Assembly: GCF_006345805.1 (NCBI RefSeq)
Contig: NC_042998.1
Span: 56,668,001-56,732,000 of the forward strand
From: Octopus sinensis
Lineage: Eukaryota
Direction of reading: 5' to 3'
Length of the DNA stretch: 64,000 bases
The position numbers were made by a program, and so were the translations under genes. How positions within the stretch are numbered: position 1 is the first letter of the stretch; each line of letters begins with the position of its first letter. Positions 38,118 through 51,942 of this stretch are shown here, in pieces. The notes beneath the pieces were generated by a model, which was not told the origin of the DNA, did no database searches, and was given only the letters and a program-made list of their open reading frames with translations.

Positions 38118-40330
38118 GAAGCTCTGTCCCCCCTGTTCTGGTACAAATGCACAATTTTGGCATCCTTGAAGTCCTGTGGCACTGATCCCTTGGTCCCAGA
38201 ACTGCTGTATCGGCTCAGTCAACTTGATGGCAACAGATTCACTTCCCTCTTAGCATTCCGTCAGGATCAGGTGCTTTTCCCACATGTAGTTGCTTGATGG
38301 CCTTCTGGATTTCTGCCAGTGTTGGGGAGGGGGAGGGGTCATCAAGCGACACCAGGAATGGGCGCTGTGGCATGTCTTGGATGGCCTGCTGGTCAATCTG
38401 GGAAGGTCTGTTTAGCAGCTAACTGAAGTGTTCACTCCAGCGCGGTATGATGTCGCTCTTCTCAGCAAGCAGGGTTCCATCAGCAGAACGCACAGGTGTC
38501 ATTTCATTTAGCGTGGGGCCATACACGTATTTCAGGCCGGCAAAGAACTTTTTGGAGTTGTGCTCGTCTGCATACTGCTGTAGTTCTGCAGCCTTGTTTT
38601 CCCACCACTTGTCTTTCATCTGTCGCAGGTCAGTCTGCACTTTCCTCTGATGTTCTTGAGGCGGCCGTGCTTGGCTCGGGAGTCTTTGTCGTTGAGCCAG
38701 GCTGTGACGGCTTCTTTCTTCTCTTGGAGGAGGGTGGTGATCTCCTTGTTGTTGTCAAACCAGTCTTGGTGTTTCCGTTTTGTGTGGCCAAGGGTAAGAC
38801 TAGCAGAGTCATACACTGCATCCCGGAAGATGACCCAGGCCTTCTCAAGGTTTCCCTCTGCTGGCAGATGTTCAAGCTGGTTCGCAAGGTTGGCAATGAG
38901 GGTTTCTTTTGTTTTTGGTTCACTGAGTTTCTGGATGTCTAGTTTCTTTTTAACATTAGCTTTCTGCCGCCTGTGTCTGCTGACAATGGAAAAGGACAGT
39001 CTGCACCTCAACAGCAGGTGATCTGTCTAGCAGTCAGCTCCCCTCATTGCCCTAGTGATGCGAACATCCTGGATGTCACGGCGCCTGGTGATCACATAGT
39101 CAATCAGGTGCCAATGCTTGGACCTTGGATAGCATCCAGGTAGCCTTGTGGATGTCAAACAGTTGGTACAGGGTATTGGTGATGGTGAGTCTCTGTTCAG
39201 CGCAGAAGGTGAGTAGCGGTTGACCGTTAGTATTCTCATGTCCGATACCATGTGGCCCGATGACATCTGGCCAAGACTGGGCATCGCTGCCAACACGGGC
39301 ATTGAAGTCCCCGAGTATCAGCAGCTTGTCGTCCTTAGGAACTGACCGTAGCACTTTGGTGTGGTTCTGATAGAACAGCTCTCTCTACTCCAGGGTGTAG
39401 GTCACGGTGGGGCTGTAAGCACTGATGAATGTCATGTGCATCTTGCCTTGGAGAGGAATTCTCATCCCCATCAGGCGGTCGCTGATTCCTCTTGGGAGGG
39501 ACTCCAGGTTTTTGATGAGTTGAGTGCGGATGGCAAAGCCAACTCGTGCTTCCCTGCGTTCACCCGGTGCCTTCTCTGACCAAAAGAAAGTGTATCCAGC
39601 TTCAGCCTCGGTGATCTCCCCCGTGTCAGCAAGGCGTGTCTCGTTGAATGCAGCAACATCAATGCTGTATCTCTGCAGTTCACGACCCACAAGTGTTGTT
39701 CGAGATTCTGGTCTGTCACAGTTTTGCTTGTCCATGAGTGTCCTGATATTCCAGGCTCCAACACATAAAGTGCTTTTCCGGCGGGAGGATTTTGGCTTCT
39801 CCTTTCGTATTTCTTTCATGTTTAGACCGCGTGATAGATGGCCAGTCAGCTGCAGTATACTGACAGGTTGAGATGAGGCAAGTTTTCTTTAAGTCACCTT
39901 TTCTAAACCTTTCCCTCTAAGGGGGGGCAGTGATATCCCTAAAGAGAGCTGTTCCGTCGTCAGAGTGGCTGCCGAACTATGCCTTTGCCCCGGTAGGCTG
40001 CTGAACGACCATCCTGCTCTGATCGCCCGAGTGCAGATCCATGGCTAGCAGCTCCCAGCGCCATCCTGCACCTGCCACCGTCACCACTCGCCCATCGCCT
40101 CAGGACTTGAAAGAAGAAGAAGAAGAAGAAGTAGAGGGGTGGAGTCACTGAATCCTGGGCAAGAGAACTGTGGAGGCCTTGGGTTGCCCAAGCCCAGGAC
40201 TCCCCTCTCGGTCCAGCCGATTTAGCCAGGAGGGACGCAGAACGACACACCCTAGCCACGACTGGACTGCAGGCGCTGCCGGAGAGATGATGGACTTCAT
40301 CACCTAACCGCCTTAGGGGCTCCACCCCGG
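38118..40330 (-). mobile_element. RTE-clade LINE, 5' half (5' UTR, APE endonuclease, linker), RT domain missing
   Basis: VGAWNIRTLMD..ELQRYSIDVAAFNETRL..GYTFFWS..VGFAI..DRLM.MR..ISAYSPT; LLILGDFNARVG; WHLIDYVITRRRD; HQDWFD; terminates at FKDAKIVHLYQNRG. Confidence 0.92.
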
Positions 40331-42317
40331 ATTTGGATACGGTTTACACCCTAGCCTTTGATTAACAAAAAGACAACAAAAAACAAAAAAAAACATATCC
40401 GCAAGGAGCGGGAGACTTTTGGAGGGCGAGGACGTCTCACTACCCGTACAGGACTAGAAGGACCTGCCCATTGCCCATACGATATATACAATTAAAAAAA
40501 AATAAATAAAAGGAGCACAGTATATACAATACACACACACAGAGTCCAAAATGCAACATACACAGTAAACACACACAAACACGCATAGTTGAATGGCCGT
40601 TGACTACGTTGTAGTTCCTCCGCCCTTTGACAGGTTTTATTTGTTGGCCTGCAGGGTGTTCAACACGAACCCACCTCTCCAAGCAAGCCTTGTGGGGCTG
40701 CCAGTTTAGACGCCGGCGACCCGACCATTAAACAGGTTGTTCTGGGCTACATGGTACCTGTAGCACTCGAGAGTGACCTGACACCATACATACATATACA
40801 CATATATGTGTGTGTGCGTGTATGTGTGTGTGTGTGTAATGCCCTGTGTGATATTCTTTTCATGAGCTGTCAAATGGGGAATACATCGGTTTCGACTCGC
40901 ATGAAGAGTATCACTTTTTTTTTTCCACCGATGTCAAATCCTTAAAAAAAATCAACATATCACACAACTGACAAACCTCAGACCCAGTAGAGTATTCAAC
41001 TATGTATACTATAGCAGGATTAACTTATTTGCTGCCAGAGAATACCTCAACGATGCATAGCTTCCGCACCGATAACATTAGTAATTTTACTCCTCCGTGT
41101 AATTTTGTTCGGAAATCGGAATACATTGTGCAGTACTCTCAGGCAGAACACAACATGGCTCGCCCCATTTTTCACCACATTTTCTACGATAATCTCTTTT
41201 GCTTAGCTATCTCCTATGCTACCAATAGCTACAATTTTAGTTACACATTCTTCCTCATCAATATTCCAAATTTATTTGGTGAATATATCATCCGAGTTCG
41301 TTATTCTGGTGAGATATCCATTTATTCATTATCCGTTCCATTTTATCCCATTTTTCTGCTTTCATTTCCAGTGTCTTCTCTGTCACCCAACATATTTTCT
41401 CACGCACCATATCCTTTCTGTCAACGCTGTTGGCTGGGCTGCACAAAGAATGGAATCCACCAAATTCTTTAGCGTTATGTAACAAGAAGCTGATGCTAGC
41501 CCAAAAAGGTACATTAACTATCACGGAATTCTTTCTCCACTTTGTTTTAAAAATAGTAGGGTGTGATTTGAAGGAGACTTAGCTGCTCTTTCTAGATGAT
41601 ACATTGATAACACAGGGGCTTTCTTATTGGCTCATGTCAGCGGATGTTCTTTTATGCTGTTCATTTATTATACATACTGTCTGTTGATATGTTCTCGAAG
41701 CCAGTAGATGATGCTTGATGAGTCTGTCAGCTGTGATAAGGATTGAAATTACACAACTTGAGAAATCTTACCAGTTGTTGCTATTGTTTGGTTCAAATAT
41801 AGTTTTGATCGAACATAGCTATGATCGAGTTACCCTCGATAGATCAAATCTCTGACACAAAACGTTTCGGTTGTAACCATCAAGTTGTCTATTTAAAGGA
41901 AGTTTATGTAGCAATATACTATCTAATGTGTCCTACCTTTTCAAGAAGGTAGGTGTGATTTGTGGAAGATTCGGCTGCGCCATCAAATCATGTAGCCACG
42001 TGTAATTTTTAGGAAACAAGAGGTACCAAACAGCACAATACCTGGTGGTGACAGCGCTATCGTTGTAAACATTTAACCGACTCAGCTGATTTGTATACTG
42101 CCAATATAATGGTAATTTATGTAAGCTTTTTCTAGAAATTCATTATTAATGGCAAAGTATCACCAATGAATGTTTGAGAATGGTGCAGAGTAAGAAGTTA
42201 CGGGAGCGCTCTGGATGATATATGATGACAAAATTCAGTGTTACAGGAGAGAAAAGTCAGTGTTATAATTTTATGTCGCTGGTTTTGTTTTTGAGAAGTT
42301 GCTTGTTCCATATATAT

Positions 42318-42547
42318 TTCTTTACTACCCACAAGGGGCTAAACACAGAGAGGACAAACAAGGACAGACAAACGGATTAAGTCGATTACATCGATCCCAG
42401 TGCGTAACTGCTACTTAATTTATCGACCCCGAAAGGATGAAAGGCAAAGTCGACCTCGGCGGAATTTGAACTCAGAACGTAACGGCAGACGAAATACGGC
42501 TACGCATTTCGCCCGGCGTGCTAACGTTTCTGCCAGCTCGCCGCCTT
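42318..42547 (-). mobile_element. Young SINE family A copy with a 19-bp perfect TSD
   Basis: ttgcttgttccatatatat at 42299-42317 and 42548-42566. Confidence 0.92.
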
Positions 42548-43751
42548 TTGCTTGTTCCATATATATATACACAGGCCACTAACGGCATTACTTGCATACG
42601 GAGTAATCTAAACTGTTGAACTGTTTGTTGTTCTGACTGCTATAAATTGTTACTGCCATTAACTTACTTTGAGTGTGAAACGTTGAAGGGACTTCGGCTT
42701 TCTACAAACTGATTTTAAGTCCAGAAATTGTGTCGTTTCAATATGAAAGACATTCTCTGCATAGAATCTTTTCTCTGGTCATGATAGAGCCACAGCAGGG
42801 TAAGCAATCTATAAAAGCCAAATACAAATGACGCCTTCATATTCAAACATTTCCCAGCAACTTACCAAAAGCATCCATTTTGGAAGCTAGAACAGGCAAA
42901 TGTTGAACGCTATTTGCAATTTAAAAGTGTTTAAAGATGCTGACCGTTGAGTAAAACTTGCCAATCAATCACCAATAAATCTGGTTATTTTTCATTTCAC
43001 ATTTTTAATATTTCCCTATCGCTAGAGAATTTGATGATGCTCAGGATTCATGTACGAGTGTCATCTCCATGACTACGTAATGCAGCTCTCAGGTTGAGTA
43101 AATTATCTGCAAAAGCTAGCGCTAATATTTAAGCTTAGCAAGCTAGGTTGGCGACATTGAAGCTGTGATGTTTTATGATATATTGCCAAGGGATGTTATC
43201 ATGGCCGGTCATCCGATAAGAACGTTAATCGTGGAACGAAGTAGCATAAACAATTTATCTCTACATCATCCAACACACCAGATAAAGCACCAACTCATGC
43301 TGTGATACATGAAGTTACATATGCGGGACTAAAAAAATGGATGAACATCCGTTCATTCTGAAGAGAGTAAAACTGCTAGATTCAAAAAGGAACTGTGCAA
43401 TGAACTTTCTCCTCCTACAGGTAAAGACTCACATATATGCATTCTCTTTCTCTCTCTCTCCCTCTCCTCCCGCTGTCTCAAGCGCACTCGCATACATATA
43501 AATATACATAAACCTGTAAAAGAAAAAGCTGGTAGTGACTTCGATGTTTCGGCTTGCCAGCCGTCATCAATTCCTCTAATGTCGTGTAGTAAGCTGAAAT
43601 TTCGAATTCACTGTCAACATTTAGCTTGTAAAACCCAATAAATGTGTGCTGCTTTACTATATATAGATCTAATGTATTTATGTGTGTGCGTGTTTCTGTG
43701 TATATAGTACACACAAACACGCACACACACGCACAAACCTCACACACAAAT

Positions 43752-43782
<31 letters not shown>

Positions 43783-43821
43783 TATATATATATATACATA
43801 TACATACACATACATACATAC

Positions 43822-43875
<54 letters not shown>

Positions 43876-43879
43876 ATAT

Positions 43880-44089
43880 ATTCTCTTTATTCTTTTACTT
43901 GTTCCAATCATTTGACTGCGTCCATGCTGGAGCACCGCCTTTAGTCGAGCAAATCGATCCCGGGACTTATTCTTTGTAAGCCCAATACTTATTCTATCGG
44001 TCTCTTTTGTCGAACCGCTAAAGGACGGGGACGTAAACACACCAGCATCGGTTGTCAAGCAATGCTAGGGAGACAAACACAGACACACA

Positions 44090-44130
<41 letters not shown>

Positions 44131-44599
44131 CATATACATACATACATACATAATATATATATATATATAATATATATATATATATTCTCTTTATTCTTTT
44201 ACTTGTTCCAATCGTTTGACTGCGTCCATGCTGGAGCACCGCCTTTAGTCGAGCAAATCGACCCCGGGACTTATTCTTTGTAAGCCCAATACTTTTGTCG
44301 AACCGCTAAAGGACGGGGACGTAAACACACCAGCATCGGTTGTCAAGCAATGCTAGGGAGACAAACACAGACACACAAACACACACACACACACACACCA
44401 CACACACACATATATATATATATATATACATATATACGACAGACTTCTTTCAGTTTCCGCCTACAAAATCCACTCAGAAGGCATTGGTCGGCCCGGGGCT
44501 ATAGCAGAAGACACTTGCCCAAGATGCCACGCAGTGGGACTGAACCCGGAACCATGTGTTGGTTAGCAAGCTACTTACCACACAGCCACTCCTGCGCCT
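43880..44599 (-). mobile_element. CORE-like tRNA SINE (probably OR2-related) with a tandemly duplicated 3' half
   Basis: Head ggcgcaggagtggctgtgtggtaagtagc and MIR-core-like cttgggcaagtgtctt on the minus strand; ~304-bp duplication. Confidence 0.85.
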
Positions 44600-44715
44600 A
44601 TGTATATATATATATAATATATATATATATCTATATATATATATATAGATATATATATATATATATATATATATAGATATATATATATATATATACACAC
44701 ATACATACATATATA

Positions 44716-45961
44716 CAGGGTGGGGAAGCAAAATTTACAAAGAACATTAAGTTGTTTTTTCTCAGCAAGTACTAAGTCAATTGTTTTGAAACCTAGCATA
44801 TATTGATGTCGTAATCATACCTAACACTATTATCCTTACCTTTTCAGAAACTTTTGCCCAAAGTGTGTGATTTGCGGAATGCACTTGTCACACCAAAGGA
44901 GATTTCAAGAATAGTTGAAGTGTCCATAAAGAATATTTATAATGTAAAGAATAGAATGACTATGAGCAAAACTATTATGAGGAGGTCTGGGAGTGGAGGA
45001 ATCAACAAATATGTACGAAAGATTTTACTAAAGCTCTCAAATCCAAAATCCTAAAGGATCCAACCAAATTCATGAGAAAAATGGCAATTGAACTTGAGGT
45101 AGTCAGCCCGACCATTAGAAATGCAGTAAAATATGATTCGAGGTTAAAATCTTACACAAGAACACCAAAACACTTGTTGACAACAGCTATGAAGGAAAAG
45201 AGATTGGAAAGGTGCAAGAAAATTTTTACATGGTCCTCCATTGTAACGATCTTTTCAGATGAAAAGATCTTCAGTGTCGATGCTGTTCTGAACCGCAGAA
45301 ATGACAGATTTATTGCAAAATCAACAGCTGAGGCTAAGGGGACATTCAAAACAAAACATCCTGCTCAAGTTACCGCTTTTGGAGTTGTAGTTTCCGATAG
45401 AAAGAAAATGCGTATAAAATTCTACTAAGCTGATGAAAAGATCAATGTTAATACTTACTACAAGACTCTGAGATACCAGGTATTGCCATGGCTTAAAGCA
45501 AATTACCCAGATGGTAATTATGTATGGACACAGGATGGTGCGCCAGCACACACAGCTAGAAAAATACAAGATTTCTGCAAATCCAACTGTAGCAATTTTT
45601 TGGAATCATGTTTATGGCCACCTTCTAGCCCAGATCTAAACCCTCTGGATTATGCTATTTGGGGCGTTTTAGAACATGCTACCAATAGAACATCACACAG
45701 TAATGTCGACTCTCTCAAAGATACTATTAAAGAAGAATGGGAGACTTTGTCTCCCGAATGTTTGAGGAAAACTTGCGCAAGTTTCAGGAAGCGTGTGAGG
45801 GCAGATATTGAGAAAGAAGGAGGACACATAGAATAAAAATATTTTCTGTTATGTAAATTTTCTTGTGGCAAATAATTCTCATGACTTTCAATAAACTAAT
45901 TGGTCATACAATGTCTTTCAATCCCTGCCTCAAAATATTGTAAATTTTAATTCCCCACCCG
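44716..45961 (+). mobile_element. Tc1/mariner DD37D (maT-type) DNA transposon, full length but frameshifted
   Basis: TIRs cagggtggggaagcaaaatttacaa / ttgtaaattttaattccccacccg; TA flanks; IFSDEKIF, QDGAPAH, SPDLNPLD with 37 residues between the last two catalytic Asp. Confidence 0.9.
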
Positions 45962-46340
45962 TACATACATACATAGTGTGTCAATAGCCAGCTGGAGGAG
46001 GTGTTCTCCTGGGGCTACAAGCTACAGTAACATCCACCCTTAGGGGTTAGCCACATTTAAGTGGCAAAAATACTTCACTATATATATATATGTACGTAAA
46101 TTTTAATATTGTATAAGTCTTTGGAGTAATAATATTCTCCTTATGTAAATATTGTTGTTTATGTAATGATCTAATTATCGTAATTTGCTATATTATTAGA
46201 TATTAAATTTAAGTTTATTCGTAAGATATTACTTAGCGATAGATTTGTTATTTGATAGCAAGCATACGAGGTGTATTAAGTTAGGCTTTGTATATACATG
46301 TTTTAATAGTATTAATTGTAGTTTTAAATTTATAATTAAA

Positions 46341-46412
46341 TTAGATAAACTTTGATAAACTTAGATATGTTTCGACTAAAGATTGGTCCAGGCCATGTCT
46401 AATTTAATAGCA
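46341..46412 (-). mobile_element. ~70-bp extreme 3' tip of the CR1-like LINE
   Basis: Reverse complement of 17702-17771. Confidence 0.8.
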
Positions 46413-46970
46413 TAACTTAGTTATTTCTTCAAATTCATATTCGCTAGTTATTCCCATTGATAATTATATTTATAGTATTTATAGTATTTATTCGATGCTA
46501 TATTACTACGAATTGATTATTTCTAAAAGTATTTTACATAAGATTTCCGAAAGTTCGTTTAAGTTTGTTTATTTGTATTTTGAAATTAGCTATTTCATCT
46601 TTAAATATGAAAAATTAAATTTATTAGGTTTTTATTATATGTGCATATACATTTATTTAGAGAGATTATTTTAGATCTTAATTATAATATTTATATACAT
46701 TTATATATTTTCATTGATAATTTATATATATTAGTCATTTTTAAATATTTATGTAATTAGATATAGACTAATACCGATATTAGATTATGGGTGGGTTTCC
46801 TACATTATTAATTAAAATTAATATTTAACATTATAGTCGTTTTTGATAAAATCATAATTGTTAAGTTCTATGTTTCTAGTTTGATAATAGAGTTTATTAT
46901 AAGTAAAATTATTATATTATTTATATCTTAAAAATATTGTTTAAATATTTCTGATTATATTTTAGATATT

Positions 46971-47046
46971 TCAATTACCTGAAGATTGACTGTAACCATA
47001 ACTCGAATTATTACGAATTGGACAGCCATGAAACGATCGTAGTGTT
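46971..47046 (+). ncRNA. Candidate minimal type I hammerhead ribozyme (Penelope-type)
   Basis: CTGAAGA (46979-85), stem II tgactgt/acagcca, GAAA (47030-33), palindromic stem III ACGATCGT, putative GUA cleavage triplet; stem I weak. Confidence 0.45.
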
Positions 47047-47368
47047 TTACTCATTATCTTTTATTAAACTTTTAATACTGTTGATATATATTTAAAATAA
47101 TATAAACTAATTAATTTTATGTATTGGGTTAAGTTTTTCATTGTTTGATTTGCCTAATAGTGGTTTTATCTCTAATTTAATATAATATATATATATATAT
47201 ATATATACATACACACACACACATATATATATGGTCCCCCGAAAATTAAAAAAAAACATAGACGAGGTAAAAAACAACAAACAGTGTATTAGGTTTACAT
47301 TCAGAAAAAAAATGGAAGAATTTTTTTAACGTTTTTTACCAGAAAGGAAAGACAAGGAAAGAAAAAAG

Positions 47369-47458
<90 letters not shown>

Positions 47459-47487
47459 CTATATAAATATATATGTATGTATGTACG

Positions 47488-47547
<60 letters not shown>

Positions 47548-48660
47548 AGCTAAAATCCGGCAATATGTTGTATTTGCTATATACTTCTTTTTTATTTACA
47601 ATGTAAACGTGTTCAGTGTTCAATCTCAGAATAAGCAACAACAAATTTAATTAAATTGCACACGCACGCTCTCTCTCTCTCTCACTCTCTCTCTCTCTCT
47701 CGCGCGCGCACACACATAGAGATTAAACAGAAAACTAAACAACAAGAACCAAATAAAAAATGACGCCATATTATCCAAGTGCATGCCTGAGTGCACAGTC
47801 GTAAAATGCATTTAGTAACATCTTAGTCGTAGTGCTCCTTTGATAACGCCGCTCAAAGTATATTACTGGCAAACTAGTTTGGTGGAGCTTATAATCTCTC
47901 TTCATTTTGTTTGGCAGAAAGATCTGACGGTGTTCTCTTTTTATATTTGTGTGTTTTCCAATCGACGTGGGAATTCAACTATGTAACTTTGAGGTGTTTA
48001 CGTGAGCAACCATAGTTTAAGAGACTAAAGGAGTCTCTCTGTCATTTGTAATCAAACACTGTAAACAGTTCGATGAGATTGATCAAAGAATAAAGTTCAA
48101 TACTTGGTTTGTTAAATTTTATTTGAAACTTACCTGGAATTATCATACTGAGAGAAACTCACACACTAAAAGACTCTGATCATGACAAGGAATTCATCCT
48201 GGACGAAATGAATAAAAATAAAAGCGAAAACAAAAGCAATAACGACTGAGATAGGGAAAAAACATACTTTTTTTGCAGCAGCTGGCATATTTTAATGCAA
48301 GTGGTTGGTGCATATAGACGCATCAGTTAAGTGTCTCCTAAGGTATATTGAATGTGCTTTTGATGTTACTTCCCCACTTTCTCTTTTTCATTAAGAGCGC
48401 AACAATTAAGACACCAGAACCATTTTCTACCATTTTCCTTCGTTTTCTGATATCCTCGATGCTGGAATCACTTCTATTACTTTTTGAAAAAAACAAACCC
48501 GAAAGAAAAAAAAAAGCCTCCCAAAAAACAAAGCAAAACAAACTAGAAGACACCCCCCCACCAAATACGTTTAATTACAGCAAAAATATAGACAAATATC
48601 ACGAAAATGTATGCTGACTCAAATTCTATCATTGTAATTTTTTTATTCCCTCTCTTTCTT

Positions 48661-48693
<33 letters not shown>

Positions 48694-49280
48694 TTTTTTT
48701 TATCTTTCCACTTCAGAGGATTTCACCTACTGGATTTAGCAGTAATTTAGACAAAACTCTATGGTTACCGTATGTAGGAGAAGTTTCTTCATAATGAAAA
48801 TAAAATAGAAAATAAAATAAAATTACGAACAGATGTGCTTTGACATGAGAAGAAAAAAAAAAAAAAAAAAAGAAAAATCGTATTAATTTCATTTCGCCAT
48901 TCTATGTTCTGTGCTGAATTATTATTTTCCAGCACATTAAGTAAGCAAAAACTACTACTCTATGTTGACAATAATAGCCAGATATATAGTTAATGTAGCA
49001 GGTCGTAAATTTATGATCGTCGCTTGTTAGATATTCTAAAATATATTATGGTCTTACTAGGGATGAGAGCAGCATGCTTGTTTATATATAAGGAAACAGG
49101 GAACATCTGGAGCAAACGCTGGAGGTTTTACTCTAACATAAAACATACGTTGTGAAGGTATTTTGATTATCTTTTATCAGCAACAACGTCGTCATCACCA
49201 TGGTCATCGTCGTCGTCATCATCATCGTCATCACGAACAAGAACAAGAACAACTGGTGCCGTCAATGCCAACACGTTAGA

Positions 49281-49320
<40 letters not shown>

Positions 49321-50271
49321 GTGCTGCTCCTGCTGTTGTTGTTGTTGTTGTTAAGCAGCAAGACGGGTAAAGGTGATTAGGTGATGGTCTAGGGCTTAGG
49401 GGCAGGAGACCCCAGACCTTGGAAAAAAAAAAATTTGGTCGTCTTGTTGTAGTCGAGGGCTCTTCGTTGACGCCCGACATCACTGGGAAGTGACCCTCGA
49501 AGTCGCTGGAAATGAAGATCTCCAGGTCCAAATTCTTGGACGGCGGCTGCTGCTGCTGCTGATGATAACGACAACGACGACGACGACGATGATGTTTCGA
49601 GTAAATGTCAGAAATCCGTTGAAGTTTATTGATATTCTCAAGAAATGCTTGTATTTCGTGTTTTATGCGCTTAAAATATTCCAAAGTACTTTATTTATAA
49701 CCTGAAATATTTGACATTACATAACGGGTTATCAGTGGTAGAGGACTTACATTTCTCTTGTGCAGTTTAACCAGTGTTTCCTTAGTCGTTCTGATTTAAA
49801 TTCTCCCTTAAGTTTAACTTGAACTAAACTGGGATCAATCCATATAGACTTATCCTAGATACACTTACTCTACGTTGGTACAGTTTGGCTGAATGGTTAA
49901 GAAGTTTGCTACTGAACCACGAGGTCCTGGATTCGATCCTTCCGAGGGATGGCATTTTTAGACAAATGTCATTTCCCCTAGCCTCTGGTTGACCCATACT
50001 TTGTGAGCGAAACTGGGTAAACAGAAATTGTAAAGAAGACGGTTTAGAAGTTTGTACTTGTTAATTCAAGCACACTGTGTTACTCTGATTTTGTCTGAGA
50101 ATGACTCTAAGGAAATACTCAATTAATTCCGGAGCAAGATAATTCAGTTGGCTGAACAACTGATTCCTCATCGTTGAACGACGGAGATCCACTGTCAATC
50201 GCTACTAAATAAGGACAGATGTTGTGACTACCAAAGGCTTAATGGGTTATAATAAAAAAAATAAATGTACC

Positions 50272-50513
50272 CTTTTAAAGCCTAGCCAGGTTCATGGGCC
50301 CGGTTTCCCGGTTTCAATGGCGTATGGGTTCCCCGGATGGACGGGACGTCAGTTCATCGCAGCGTTACTCATTTTTGCCAGCTGAGTGAACTGGGGCAAC
50401 GTGAAATGAAGTGTTTTGCTCAAGAACACAACGCGTCGCCCGGTCCAGGAATCGAAACCACAATCTTACGATCATGATGCTGACATCCTAACCACTAAGC
50501 CACGCGTCTCCAC
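50272..50513 (-). mobile_element. tRNA-derived SINE, third family
   Basis: Minus-strand head gtggagacgcgtggcttagtggttagg...ggtttcgattcctgg and body gttgtgttcttgagcaaaacactt; a decayed relative lies at ~300-420. Confidence 0.8.
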
Positions 50514-51852
50514 TTAATGGGTTATGGAGCAAATTATTTTAAATAAACGAACTTAAGACCAGTTCAAATGTGTTTGAGAGGCTTTACACTGCGTGTTGTC
50601 GTCGAGAAAAAAGATATTGCTTAAGACAAAAAGACTTTTAAAACATCGTAGCCAGCTTTGCGCATCTACTTACGTATTTTAGGTTTATTCTATTATTCGT
50701 TTCAGTAATTGAAGGTGCAGCCATACAGAGGAGCTGATATATATATATCGGTTTTAATCGATTAATTTGATCCCGGTATTTATCGTCCGGTGAAGATAGG
50801 TGAAAACGACTCGGCCGTAAAGGGACATAACCGGGTGGAACGACCTACCACTCGGTCATTTGGGTTGATGCACAACCGTTTTCAGAGTGAAGTTATTAAC
50901 CATTCAACCATACGTATTACATACTCCCTTCTGCACACATGTCGCACAAAAGTCAAACAAAATAACCAAGATTGATAGGGTATTGGTTTACTTCTTCAGA
51001 GATTCTCAATTAAGACTGTTTACAGAGTTTCTGTGTATTTCTAAAGAAAGGTCAGGAATATATAGCAGATTGATTTTTGGGAAAATAATCAATAGAACTG
51101 ATTACCTTTTGTTAAATATCTTTAACAAGAGTTACTAGAGTCCGGGTGATTAATTTCGTTCAATTCAACTTTCAGCCAGCCGTCACGAGCGAGCGAACAA
51201 CTATGGCTTGGTAACGTGTACTATGCTTTCGCTATTTGTTTAATGTGCATATGTAGTCGTTAGGAGACACAAACACAATCTTGGGTCCTACATCATTGTA
51301 GAAATAACCACATGCATACGTAACATGGGCCTGATGTCGTAGATGTGTGTCTTGCGGAAATTGTTTATCATCATCATTGTTCGACCGTGGTCGAAACTTT
51401 CATAGTCTTTTCAAATGGCTAATAATGTGTGCCCGCGCCACTACTACACACATTGGAAAGCACTGTACAACCAAGTACTAAAGAAGATCTTTCCTCCTCC
51501 ATGAAACAAAGCTGTTCCCGCTGGACGTCAACCCAGTATTTCTAAGCTACGGACCGAGTGATTTATTGTAAGGTTATCTCCCTAGATAGATTGCCTTCAC
51601 TACGGCTAAGGAGCCCTTTCTTTTGTTTAAGTAAGTTAGGCGACCAAGTCACGTAAGTTAAGGCTGTCTCGAAACAAGTCTTTACATAATTCTTCTGTTC
51701 TTTTTACTTTTCTTTTCTTTTTTCTGTATTCTGTAATCTATATTTTGTACTCCATGTAAATATATGTCTCAAGCCTACTGGTGTTTATGTTTATCTGTCT
51801 TTCTACCTCTTTCTGTGCATATATATATATATATATAATATACGCACACGCG

Positions 51853-51898
<46 letters not shown>

Positions 51899-51902
51899 AC
51901 AC

Positions 51903-51942
<40 letters not shown>

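Noticed and set aside
41002-41472. 156-aa plus-strand ORF
   Set aside because: No domain recognised; the opposite strand faintly resembles a decayed RLE LINE, too weak to call.
46085-47170. Possible mitochondrial insertion (NUMT)
   Set aside because: AT-rich, but I found no conserved 12S/16S motifs, mitochondrial tRNA or protein frame; it contains a CR1 tip and a hammerhead-like end instead.
47965-48020. aactatg...catagtt hairpin as a possible miRNA
   Set aside because: Only 7 terminal base pairs; the inner arms do not pair.
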